In this document: positions 1-8,718 of the stretch, one piece after another
Layout of the letters: every line of letters starts with the position of its first letter
Numbering within the stretch: position 1 is the first letter of the stretch
Assembly (NCBI GenBank): GCA_965197745.1
Contig: CBDANS010000007.1
Location: 352,001-416,000, forward strand
Reading direction: 5' to 3'
DNA length: 64,000 nucleotides
DNA from: Opitutales bacterium
GTDB lineage: Bacteria; Verrucomicrobiota; Verrucomicrobiia; Opitutales; PNEW01
The notes under the pieces: generated by a model
The model's input: the letters and a program-made list of their open reading frames with translations, nothing else
What the model was told of the DNA's origin: nothing
Databases searched by the model: none
Translations under genes and position numbers: made by a program

Positions 1-216
1 AGCACAAACAGTATTGAAAGCGTATGGGCTTTGCTCAAGCGGGGCTATCATGGGACCTTTCACCACTTCAGCGTAAAGCACCTCAACCGCTATATCAAAG
101 AGTTTACATTTCGATTGAATGAGGGTAACTGTGCAATTCCCACTGTAGAGAGAATAAAGAACGTTTGCTCTGCTGCCAAGGGGAAAAGATTAACCTATTT
201 TGATCTGGTAGCATGA
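1..216 (+). CDS. IS1595-family (ISXO2-like DDE) transposase, C-terminal part; truncated by the window edge
   Basis: The frame is open from base 1: STNSIESVWALLKRGYHGTFHHFSVKHLNRYIKEFTFRLN...GKRLTY. This matches the IS1595 signature TNxIE(S/G)xWxxLKR...G.yH..S.KHL.RY..EF.FR.N. Confidence 0.92.
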   Translation, partial: STNSIESVWALLKRGYHGTFHHFSVKHLNRYIKEFTFRLNEGNCAIPTVERIKNVCSAAKGKRLTYFDLVA

Positions 217-274
217 CTAAGAAGGACACACGTGTATCGATTCTGGATGGCTTAGATTTCCACAAAACAGAAAT

Positions 275-2878
275 TTGTTTTGTGAGAAACAAAACCTTAC
301 TAATGAAGCCAGTGTTGAGCAATTTTTCGTATCGAGATTGCTGGAAGATTTAGGATTCAAAGATAATCAGATTCTTCCAAAATCATCTATCAAAAAATAT
401 ACGATTTCAATAGGCAGTAAGAGTGTTAATTACAAACCCGATTATATTATTAAGGTAGGAAACACTCTAAAATTAGTGATAGATGCAAAGTCTCCTTCTG
501 AAAATATCTACGATTGGATTGATCAGTGCGCTCATTATTGCCTCAAATTGAATCAGAAAAATAAAACAGTACACTATTTTTTATTATCAAATGGTCTCAA
601 AACAGGACTGTTTGTATGGGATCAAGCAAATGCAATACTTGAGCTTGGTTTTGAGGATTTCTATTTAGGAGGTGAACTCTATGAGAAACTTAGGAATATT
701 ATCTGTGTTGATACGTTTAAAAAAGGACTGGGGGCACCTGATCCAGGTAGAAATATTCTATTACGTAAGATTCATAAAGAAGAAGCACAAAAAGTCTTTA
801 TAAACTGTCACAAGTATATTTGGAATACCGAGAAAAGGGGCCCACTATCGGCATTTACAGAGTTCGTAAAGTTGATATTCCTTAAATTGTGGAACGATAG
901 AATTTTGCACGAGAATTTTCGTCCCGATTATTCAGGTAAGTTACTTGTCCCGCAATCTGCTAATACTTTCTCAATTTTGTGGATAGAATCCAGAGAGAAA
1001 GACCACGGCTCCCCGGTAAACGATATCTCTTTCAAGAACCTGATAACACATATTGAAGACGATATAGACAAACGGAATAAAAAGAGAATTTTTGATCAGA
1101 ATGAACAGATTGAGTTGAAGCCTACAACAATTAAAGGAATTGTAAAAAAACTTGAAAAAATAGATCTTTACGGAATCGATGAAGATTTAAATGGGAGGTT
1201 GTTTGAGACCTTTTTGAATGCGACAATGCGAGGTCAGGCATTGGGGCAATATTTTACACCACGAAGCATTGTTTTACTTGCTACCGAATTGGCTGAATTG
1301 AGGACAGATTCAAATTATATTGAAAAGGTTTTAGATGGTAGCTGTGGGACAGGTGGATTCTTGATAGAAGCCATGTCAATTATGAGAAACAATATTCGTG
1401 AGAATGATTCTTACTCGATTCAAGAAAAAAAGAAATTAATAGAGGTAATTTGCAATGAAAAGATATTTGGAATAGATGCGGCATCCGAGCCAAATCTGGC
1501 AAAGATATCAAGGATAAATATGTATCTGCATGGGGATGGAGGCAGCCATATCTATTTTGCGGACGGTTTGATAAAAAATATTCAGGTCGATAAAACTGAT
1601 CCGCGGGAACTACAACGGGAAATTGAGGAAATGAAGCATGAGTTTGGTCCCAGTTCTTTTGATGTTGTTTTAACCAATCCCCCTTTCTCAATGTGGTACG
1701 AGGAAAAGAATGAGTCTCAAAAACATATACTTGAGCAATACAACCTAACCCAATATAAAACAAAACCCCCGAGAACACGACTAAGAGGAAGTGCACTTTT
1801 TATCGAACGATATTGCGATTTACTACGACCAGGGGGCAAACTGATCACTGTTTTGGATGAAACTGTATTATCTTCAGGACAATATTCTTACCTGAGAGAT
1901 TTCATCCGAGAAAAGTTTATCATTCGAGCTGTGATCTCATTGCATGGTGATGCATTTCAGATGGCGAAAGCCAGGGTCAAAACTGCTTTAGTATATTTAC
2001 AAAAGAAAAAATATCCGGATGATGACCAACCAGCTGCATTTATGTACTCTTCTATTAGATTAGGTGTAGATGATATGCCAATCACAACTAATCCAGAAAA
2101 GGTGAAAAGTGCTCGTGAATTGGCAAGGGAAGAAATCAAAACAATTCTGGAGCTCTATAAAAGATACAGAAAGGGCGAAAAGGGTGAGTGGTTCGTCCAA
2201 ACAGCAAACCTGAACGATCGCTTGGACGTTAAGTCATGTGTGGATATGAGAGGCCGGATGATTGAACGCTGGGAAAAGGGAAGTTACGAGGTTAGTTCGC
2301 TCGGCGAGCTGTTGACACCCCAAAATGATACTGTAATGCCAAAAGATAATCCAAACAAGGAATTCAGAATACTCGAAATCACGTACTCGGGCAGGTGTTA
2401 TATAAAAGAAAAGCGAGCTGGACGAAATATTAACTATAAAAAAATGACGGTAGTACATACTGGGGACCTGATATTTTCGAGTTATAATACTTTTCAAGGT
2501 GCAATGGGTTATGCAACAGAGGAAATTGATGGCGCGGTAGCATCAAATAGTTACATCGTTACACGTGCGAATAATATAGAAGATTCCCTTTATTTATGGT
2601 CTATTCTAAGAACAACAGAAATTCGTGCAGAATTTCTTACCTCTGCAATCGGGATGGGTAGGCAAACAGTAAAATGGGATAAGATTTGCACAGTCCAAGT
2701 TCCATTATTGCATCCAAGTCAAAGAGAAGCTATCGGACAGAGAGTAATGGAGCATTGGGAAGCAGAAAAAAGGGCGAAGGATGGAATAAGCGCGATCTCA
2801 AGAGAACTGCACAACAAATTTGATGTTGAGTCTCTAAGTTCACAAAAACGGTTTTTAGGGGCAAAACCACCCAAATAA
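275..2878 (+). CDS. Single-chain Type IIG-like restriction-modification enzyme (PD-(D/E)xK nuclease + gamma-class N6-adenine MTase + C-terminal target recognition domain). The true start may be ATG 213 with a 1-bp deletion near 257-261.
   Basis: Nuclease motif PDYIIK...VIDAK; MTase motifs GQYFTP, VLDGSCGTGGFL and TNPPF; HsdS-like C-terminus (GDLIFS...G.GRQ.VKW...VPLL). Confidence 0.85.
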   Translation: MFCEKQNLTNEASVEQFFVSRLLEDLGFKDNQILPKSSIKKYTISIGSKSVNYKPDYIIKVGNTLKLVIDAKSPSENIYDWIDQCAHYCLKLNQKNKTVHYFLLSNGLKTGLFVWDQANAILELGFEDFYLGGELYEKLRNIICVDTFKKGLGAPDPGRNILLRKIHKEEAQKVFINCHKYIWNTEKRGPLSAFTEFVKLIFLKLWNDRILHENFRPDYSGKLLVPQSANTFSILWIESREKDHGSPVNDISFKNLITHIEDDIDKRNKKRIFDQNEQIELKPTTIKGIVKKLEKIDLYGIDEDLNGRLFETFLNATMRGQALGQYFTPRSIVLLATELAELRTDSNYIEKVLDGSCGTGGFLIEAMSIMRNNIRENDSYSIQEKKKLIEVICNEKIFGIDAASEPNLAKISRINMYLHGDGGSHIYFADGLIKNIQVDKTDPRELQREIEEMKHEFGPSSFDVVLTNPPFSMWYEEKNESQKHILEQYNLTQYKTKPPRTRLRGSALFIERYCDLLRPGGKLITVLDETVLSSGQYSYLRDFIREKFIIRAVISLHGDAFQMAKARVKTALVYLQKKKYPDDDQPAAFMYSSIRLGVDDMPITTNPEKVKSARELAREEIKTILELYKRYRKGEKGEWFVQTANLNDRLDVKSCVDMRGRMIERWEKGSYEVSSLGELLTPQNDTVMPKDNPNKEFRILEITYSGRCYIKEKRAGRNINYKKMTVVHTGDLIFSSYNTFQGAMGYATEEIDGAVASNSYIVTRANNIEDSLYLWSILRTTEIRAEFLTSAIGMGRQTVKWDKICTVQVPLLHPSQREAIGQRVMEHWEAEKRAKDGISAISRELHNKFDVESLSSQKRFLGAKPPK

Positions 2879-2897
2879 ATAAAATCCCGATACTACA

Positions 2898-3035
2898 ATG
2901 AAAACAAAACAAGAGAAAACCCTAGCCGGAGCAGTCAAAGCCATCGGAGCCTACAAACCAACGGCACTGCCTAAGCAACCAAAGCAAACACCTCCAATCA
3001 AAGAGCTTAAAAGGAAATGGAAAATAAGCAGGTAA
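2898..3035 (+). CDS. Small basic 45-aa ORF near the right end of the IS1595 element
   Basis: MKTKQEKTLAGAVKAIGAYKPTALPKQPKQTPPIKELKRKWKISR, too short for the ORF track. It resembles, from memory, small ORFs at the ends of IS1595 elements. Confidence 0.4.
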   Translation: MKTKQEKTLAGAVKAIGAYKPTALPKQPKQTPPIKELKRKWKISR

Positions 3036-3046
3036 TACCTCCTTTT

Positions 3047-3069
3047 GGGGCAATAAGTATATAATTCCC
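3047..3069. repeat. Putative right terminal inverted repeat of the IS1595 element
   Basis: GGGGCAATAAGTATATAATTCCC followed by AT-rich TTATTTAT (candidate 8-bp TSD). It coincides with the point where PhyH homology is lost. The partner IR is not in the window. Confidence 0.5.
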
Positions 3070-3191
3070 TTATTTATTCGTTCTAATTCATTGTCGAGCT
3101 TATCAATTTCAGCCGGATTTAAAAACCCCTCAACAATAACAAAGCCATCATCTTTGAATCTTTCACTGAGTTTAGCGTTATCGTATGCCAT
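3070..3191 (-). pseudogene. 5' fragment of a phytanoyl-CoA dioxygenase (PhyH) family gene, interrupted by the IS1595 element
   Basis: MAYDNAKLSERFKDDGFVIVEGFLNPAEIDKL is a typical PhyH N-terminus (F..DG(F/Y)v.v.g.l...Ei..l). The frame then runs into IR-derived sequence (GIIYLL) and has no HxD motif. Confidence 0.7.
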
Positions 3192-3248
3192 ATTAATTTC
3201 CTTTCACGGAATTTATTAAAATGATTATTCTGTTTAACGAGGGTTGTA

Positions 3249-6239
3249 TTACAATTCCTGCTTAATTTTATCGTAGATTTGTTCAATCGATAGTTGTCCT
3301 AAATCATAAGGGGACAATCGATTTTCGTTTAATGGGGGTAGGTGAATTATAGGCTCATTGAGGCGAAGGTTGCGGTTGGCGTTAACTTCATCAACGCGAT
3401 CCACGGGTGTAAAAAAAGGTGTTTTATTGAGTATTTCAGGATTTTCATGAATAAGCATTATAATACACTTTACCGCTTCGGCAAAACGATCGAGTTCACT
3501 TTTACTGTAACTTTCAGTAGGTTCGATCATCAGGCCGAAGGCTTCCGGCCAGTTTACGGTCGGGGCATGAAAGCCAAAGTCGAGAAATAATTTTCCAATT
3601 CGACTGATGGCTACTGCTTTACTCAGTCCTACAGCATCCAGTCGTTCGAAATCTTCCTCCTCGAGGGTGAGGATAAACTCATGCATGCGCGGTAAGCTTT
3701 CAGAGGCCTGCGGGAGTGCGGGATAATGCTGCCGGAGATTTTCGAAAAGATAACGTGCCGATAGTACCGCAATAGCTGACATTCGTCTGACTCCTTTATT
3801 TCCCAGGCGCAAGAGGTAGGCATAACAACGAACTTTGTGGGAAAAGTTTCCCCAATGCCGGTGAAAGGATCCGATACTCGCAGGTGGTTTAACCGGGACA
3901 TATTGATTTCCCACCTTAGTGATTTGATAACCGGGCAGGTAATCCAACAACTTTTCACTGACAGCGACTACCGCGTCACCCGGACCTCCTCCCCCGTGAG
4001 GGATAGTCCAGGTTTTATGTAAATTCTGGTGAACAGCGTCGACACCCAATCGATCCAGGTTTACCCATCCGGCAATGGCGTTCATATTTGCTCCATCCAT
4101 GTAAACAAGTCCACCAGCCGAATGAATTTTGTCTGCGATAGATTTAAATTCGGTCTCAAATAAACCGCTGGTGTTAGGGTTTGTAATCATTATCGCGCTG
4201 ATGCGAGATCCGTAATCAGTGATTTTACGGTCGAAATCTTCCTTATCAATAAGGCCGGAAGGGGCTGCCTCTAAATGGACAATACCCACGTTCAGATTAT
4301 CTATTTTTTTATTTACAAATCCAGCCATGGTGGCCGTGGCAAAATTTGTGCCATGAGCGGATTTGGGAATTAAAATTACATCCCGATCTGTCTCCCCCCG
4401 CGCTCGGTGGTAGGCTTGGATCATTTTTATCCCCATCAATTCACCTTGTGCCCCAGCTACCGGTTGCGTTGTTACGCCGGACAGGCCTGTAATCCCTTTA
4501 AACCATTCCTGTATTTCATACAGTAATTCCAAACAACCCTGTACCTCTTCGATAGGGGCCTGGGGGTGTGTATTGACGAAACCCGAGAGGTTTGCCGCCC
4601 AATCGTTAATATAAGGATTATATTTCATTGTGCAGGAACCCAGGGGATAACAACTGTCATCGGGACTCACATTCAGGTCACCCAGTTTTTGATAGTAGTG
4701 TTTAATTTCGTCCAGGGGAATTTGTGGTAAGTCCGCAGCATCCACTCTTAAAAGATCGACTGGAATACTATAGTTTTGACTGTCACTCGAAGGTATCAGT
4801 GAATCTGAAACACTATTTTTTTCGAATAATTCTATGAGCGCGGCAAGATTCCGTTTTTTGTCTGAAAATGATATTTTTAATAGATTTCTAGAACCCGAAA
4901 TGCGTTCAGAAACATCAATACCGGGAAGCAATCCGACAAGGCGGCCTTTTTCAGTGAGCTCAGATACCGAACCAGGTAACTCGAGGACAAATTCGTTGTA
5001 AAATGGCGCATCAGGGTATGCGAGTCGAATGCCGGGTATTGAGGAGAGTGTTTGCGCCGCTTCCAGGGCTTGCTCTCGCGCTTGCGTGCAGGTTCGCTGC
5101 ATTCCCGATTCTCCCCGCGCAAGTAAAGCGGCCCCCGCGAGGCTGGCGAGAAAAGCCTGGTTGGAACATATATTGGAAGTGGCTTTGTCTTTGCGGATAT
5201 GTTGCTCACGTGTGGAGAGCACCATGACTTGACATTCACGGCCATTGATATCTTCAGCTTTGCCAACATACCGGCCAGGTGTGTAACGCACATCATTCTT
5301 TGTCTCATCGTTAAAACGGACTCCAAATACTCCCAGACCCGGTCCCCCGAAATTAGGACCTATCGCCAGATGCTGCCCCTCGGCCACTATCATGTCGGCC
5401 CCTTTCCTCCCATATTTTATGGGGGGCTTGAGACCCCCGGTGCCCAGTAATACAGGGTCGATGATCGCGATACTTTTTGTTCCCGTGTCTGTGCAGAAGT
5501 CAGCTAAGGCATCGACATCTTCGAGGATCCCCAGAGAATTTACTTGAGGAAAGACAAAGGCCGCAAGGCGGGCATCGAGTTCGGCAGCTACAGCCGCTGT
5601 GGCATCCATGTCGATACGGCCGCTTTTCGGGTCGAGCGGGATTTTAATGATTTTTGTCGGCGTATCAGATACCAGTGTTTCTATTACATCCAGATCGCCG
5701 AGGTATATTCCTTCAGAGACAATAACTGTATCGGCATTCTTTTTTATTCGGATTGCGGTGCAGATCGCTTCATAAATGGCTGTCGAGCGATCATAGAGAG
5801 AGGAGTTGATCGCCTCGAAACCGGTTAGCATGGTCATAAGGCATTGGTAAATCCAAAGACTCATCAATGTTCCCTGGCTGCGTTCAGGTTGATAGGGGGT
5901 ATAGGCTGTTGTAAGATTTCGAATGCCCGCTACGAAAGAGACAATTTCGTGAACTTCGTAATCAGGGAGGCCGTCACCAATAAAAGACTCGCAGGGGTTA
6001 TTTTTTAAAGCCAGTGAATCCAGTCGCTCCTGTAAAGCATCATAGCTGAGCTCTTCAGGCAAGTTGAAGTCTTCATTAAATAAAACATCAGGGGGGATAT
6101 GACTGAAAAGTTGATCCAGATTCTTCAGGCCCAGCTTATCCAGCATGGCTGCGATATCTTCATTCGTGGCGGATATATAGTGCCGCTTGAGTTCTCGCGG
6201 CAAAGTTGCCGGGTTGTAGGGGAGCGGTGTTTTAGTCAA
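3249..6239 (-). CDS. gcvP: Glycine dehydrogenase (decarboxylating), P protein; GcvPA-like and GcvPB-like halves fused
   Basis: YTPYQPERSQG, TREQHIRKDKATSNICSNQA, PLGSCTMKYNP, DGANMNA, LHKTWTIPHGGGGPG (PLP lysine), MIEPTES. Confidence 0.95.
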   Translation of the reverse strand: MTKTPLPYNPATLPRELKRHYISATNEDIAAMLDKLGLKNLDQLFSHIPPDVLFNEDFNLPEELSYDALQERLDSLALKNNPCESFIGDGLPDYEVHEIVSFVAGIRNLTTAYTPYQPERSQGTLMSLWIYQCLMTMLTGFEAINSSLYDRSTAIYEAICTAIRIKKNADTVIVSEGIYLGDLDVIETLVSDTPTKIIKIPLDPKSGRIDMDATAAVAAELDARLAAFVFPQVNSLGILEDVDALADFCTDTGTKSIAIIDPVLLGTGGLKPPIKYGRKGADMIVAEGQHLAIGPNFGGPGLGVFGVRFNDETKNDVRYTPGRYVGKAEDINGRECQVMVLSTREQHIRKDKATSNICSNQAFLASLAGAALLARGESGMQRTCTQAREQALEAAQTLSSIPGIRLAYPDAPFYNEFVLELPGSVSELTEKGRLVGLLPGIDVSERISGSRNLLKISFSDKKRNLAALIELFEKNSVSDSLIPSSDSQNYSIPVDLLRVDAADLPQIPLDEIKHYYQKLGDLNVSPDDSCYPLGSCTMKYNPYINDWAANLSGFVNTHPQAPIEEVQGCLELLYEIQEWFKGITGLSGVTTQPVAGAQGELMGIKMIQAYHRARGETDRDVILIPKSAHGTNFATATMAGFVNKKIDNLNVGIVHLEAAPSGLIDKEDFDRKITDYGSRISAIMITNPNTSGLFETEFKSIADKIHSAGGLVYMDGANMNAIAGWVNLDRLGVDAVHQNLHKTWTIPHGGGGPGDAVVAVSEKLLDYLPGYQITKVGNQYVPVKPPASIGSFHRHWGNFSHKVRCYAYLLRLGNKGVRRMSAIAVLSARYLFENLRQHYPALPQASESLPRMHEFILTLEEEDFERLDAVGLSKAVAISRIGKLFLDFGFHAPTVNWPEAFGLMIEPTESYSKSELDRFAEAVKCIIMLIHENPEILNKTPFFTPVDRVDEVNANRNLRLNEPIIHLPPLNENRLSPYDLGQLSIEQIYDKIKQEL

Positions 6240-6360
6240 TGTTGAGCTCAGTCTTATTACCTCGGGTATTGCGGTGATGGGTCAAATTTCTTGAAGTGAT
6301 GCTGATGACTTTATTGTTTTGTGCAACCGGACTTTTTAATTTATTTAAATTTTCCCCCCC

Positions 6361-7014
6361 ATGAAGAAAAAAGAGCGCGCTGAATACATCCATTGCCGAC
6401 TCAATGAAATATACCCTGATCCGCCCATCCCCTTGAAGCACAATGACCCCTATACCTTGCTTATTGCGGTTTTGCTTTCTGCGCAGTGCACCGATGTAAG
6501 GGTCAATCAGATCACCCCCAAACTCTTTAAAAAAGCAGATAACCCGCGAGATATGACCCGTTTATCGGTGAAAAGTATCGAGGCCATCATCCGCCCCTGT
6601 GGATTGGCACCGGCCAAAGCTAAAGCGATAGCCGGACTGTCTGAAATTATTATTGAAAACTATGCGGGTAAAGTGCCTGACTCCCTGGAAGAATTAGAGA
6701 CCCTGCCCGGCGTGGGACACAAAACGGCTTCTGTAGTTATGCTCCAGGCCTTTGGGGTGCCCGCTTTTCCCGTCGATACACACATCCACCGTCTCGCTCA
6801 ACGATGGGGGCTCACCAGTGGAAAAAATGTCGTTCAGACCGAACGCGATCTCAAACAACTTTTTCCTGAGGAATGCTGGAATCATCTCCACCTTCAGTTT
6901 ATCTATTATGGAAGAGAACATTGCACCGCTCGCGGTTGTGATGGAACCGTCTGTGAAATCTGCTCTACCTGCTTTCCCCGCCGCCGTAAACCTTTCTTGA
7001 ATAAGAAAGCATGA
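6361..7014 (+). CDS. nth: Endonuclease III (HhH-GPD DNA glycosylase)
   Basis: LLIAVLLSAQCTD, LPGVGHKTA (HhH), VDTHIHR, C-terminal cysteine cluster. Confidence 0.95.
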   Translation: MKKKERAEYIHCRLNEIYPDPPIPLKHNDPYTLLIAVLLSAQCTDVRVNQITPKLFKKADNPRDMTRLSVKSIEAIIRPCGLAPAKAKAIAGLSEIIIENYAGKVPDSLEELETLPGVGHKTASVVMLQAFGVPAFPVDTHIHRLAQRWGLTSGKNVVQTERDLKQLFPEECWNHLHLQFIYYGREHCTARGCDGTVCEICSTCFPRRRKPFLNKKA

Positions 7015-7048
7015 ACCTTTAAGCCAATATTTTCCGACTTCCTTTAAG

Positions 7049-7396
7049 ATGAAGATCTATACCTATAAGAACTGTGATACCTGCCGTAAGGCGCTCAAGT
7101 GGCTTGATGCTCGGGGCAAGGGATATGAGCTAAAAGCCATTCGTAAAACGCCACCTACGGTTAAAGAACTCCAGTCTATGCTGGACGCCTATAATGGTGA
7201 AATCCGAAAACTGTTTAATTCCTCAGGCCGTGATTACAAAGCTTTGAATATTAAGGATAAACTCCCTGAATTGACATCAGCGCAGGCGCTTGACCTTCTT
7301 GCCGGGAATGGAAATCTTATAAAAAGACCTTTTCTTCTCGCTGGGACCGCAAATCTTGTCGGATTCAATGAAGTAGAATGGAGCGAGAGGCTCTAG
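7049..7396 (+). CDS. ArsC/Spx/MgsR family thioredoxin-fold protein
   Basis: IYTYKNCDTCRKALKWL ... LIKRPFL...VGF. Confidence 0.9.
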   Translation: MKIYTYKNCDTCRKALKWLDARGKGYELKAIRKTPPTVKELQSMLDAYNGEIRKLFNSSGRDYKALNIKDKLPELTSAQALDLLAGNGNLIKRPFLLAGTANLVGFNEVEWSERL

Positions 7397-7420
7397 GTGT
7401 TATCAGTGAAATCAGTAGCC

Positions 7421-7448
7421 GTGTTAAGTTTTAGGTGTTAGGTTTTAG
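7421..7448. repeat. Heptamer tandem repeat (GT(G/T)TTA(A/G) x4)
   Basis: gtgttaa-gttttag-gtgttag-gttttag; the same unit occurs at 22272-22299 and inverted at 22381-22407. Confidence 0.7.
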
Positions 7449-7533
7449 AAGGAGAATAAAATAACATCCTATATCTCTGCGTCTCTCGCTGTTTAATCTC
7501 TTTCCCCATATCTGAAATCCGCAATCGATCACT

Positions 7534-8382
7534 TCAGACAGCTTTAGCCAATTCCTCATTGTTCGGGTCGAATTGTTTAAGATATTCCCGGGCGGTTTTT
7601 ATATAGTCGGGATTGATATCAAAACCGATAAACTTTTTAACCCCACATCGCATGGCCCCGATTGCAGCGTGACCGATTCCAACGAAGGGGTCCAATACCA
7701 CCGTCTTACTTTTAACACCGTGAAGATTAATGCAATTTTCCGCTAATTTTGCCGGGAAGGTTGCAGGGTGAGGGCGATCTTTGGACCTGTTTTGAATGGT
7801 TTTGTATGAGATGAACCAATTATTACCGCGGCATCTTTTGTCCCGGCCGCCCGTATGACTCCAGCGTACGATATTTGATTTATCACTGTAGGGTACGCCT
7901 AGACTAAGACGGTCTATGGGTGTGTTTCCCGAATGAGTTAAGTGGAAAATATATTCATGGCAGTCGGTCACGTATCGCTTTGAATTGATGGGTTTGAAAT
8001 GACCGACCGATAGCTCCTCTCCTTTCGGAGTTTCGACAGTGATCGACTTAATCCAGTGAAATGTATTCTGAAGGATAAAATAATTACTCATGACGTTAGC
8101 GATTTGGTGCGGAAGCATCGGATTAGACGGACAGGTTCCGATGTTGAGAAAAAAGGATCCCTTTTCTTTTAATATTCTCTTTATTTCCAGCGCCCATTCT
8201 TTGCTCCAGTTTAAATACAAGTAGCGGTCACACGCATCATTGTATTCATCGTATTCAACACCCAAATTGTAAGGTGGTGAAGTGACCACAATATCAATTG
8301 AATCCGAATTGAGTTTTCGCATGCCTTTCAAGCAGTCCTGACGTATCAATTCATAGTCGTGGTTCTCTCTTCTCACTTTCAT
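7534..8382 (-). CDS. Beta-class amino-DNA methyltransferase (N4-C/N6-A); no adjacent endonuclease
   Basis: Catalytic VVTSPPY precedes HPATFP and the SAM-binding VLDPFVGIG. SPPY is typical of m4C enzymes. Confidence 0.9.
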   Translation of the reverse strand: MKVRRENHDYELIRQDCLKGMRKLNSDSIDIVVTSPPYNLGVEYDEYNDACDRYLYLNWSKEWALEIKRILKEKGSFFLNIGTCPSNPMLPHQIANVMSNYFILQNTFHWIKSITVETPKGEELSVGHFKPINSKRYVTDCHEYIFHLTHSGNTPIDRLSLGVPYSDKSNIVRWSHTGGRDKRCRGNNWFISYKTIQNRSKDRPHPATFPAKLAENCINLHGVKSKTVVLDPFVGIGHAAIGAMRCGVKKFIGFDINPDYIKTAREYLKQFDPNNEELAKAV

Positions 8383-8530
8383 GATTTTCGGTCCTTTGCA
8401 GAGTCATTAAAGTAAAAGAGTAATAAAGTACAAGCCTGTTTTTACACAAAATGAAATCTAATCAGAGGGCATCGCGTCGTCGGGCTGCTTTGATCTGTTT
8501 AATTATGGAGATGTCCCTTATTTACTCATA

Positions 8531-8547
8531 TGTGCCATTATGACACA
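8531..8547. promoter_or_regulatory. Dyad TGTGCCAT-T-ATGACACA; candidate upstream activator site for clpB
   Basis: Imperfect palindrome (TGCCA-N3-TGACA core) about 140 bp upstream of a sigma-54-like promoter. Confidence 0.4.
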
Positions 8548-8686
8548 TTCGTGTCTATCTGCCCGTTGCTTAATCGGGAGTCGAAGCGATTAGAGAATAG
8601 CCAGTTTATTCCATAAACTATTTATAAATAATTTCTTATATATATTAAGCAGTTACCATATGAGAGTGATAATAAAAAAAAGAAAA

Positions 8687-8701
8687 TGGAATAATTCCTG
8701 C
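8687..8701 (+). promoter_or_regulatory. Sigma-54-like -24/-12 promoter of clpB
   Basis: TGGAATAATTCCTGC has GG-N10-GC spacing, ends 17 bp before the ATG, and follows an AT-rich tract. Confidence 0.5.
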
Positions 8702-8718
8702 GTAATATAAGGTAAATC

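Larger units (their letters stand above)
1..3069 (+). mobile_element. IS1595-family element with passenger genes (right part; left end lies outside the window)
   Basis: Order is transposase, R-M gene (ATGA-coupled), small basic ORF, then a putative terminal IR (...AAGTATATAATTCCC). The IR sits exactly where a PhyH gene on the minus strand breaks off. Confidence 0.6.

Noticed and set aside
2922..3069. C-terminal part of the 89-aa ORF as genuine protein
   Set aside because: It is read-through into the IS end, antisense to the small basic ORF.
6240..6360. Glycine riboswitch upstream of gcvP
   Set aside because: The spacer is only ~120 bp, is shared with divergent nth, and lacks the GGAGA...CCGAAG...CTCTCAGG pattern.
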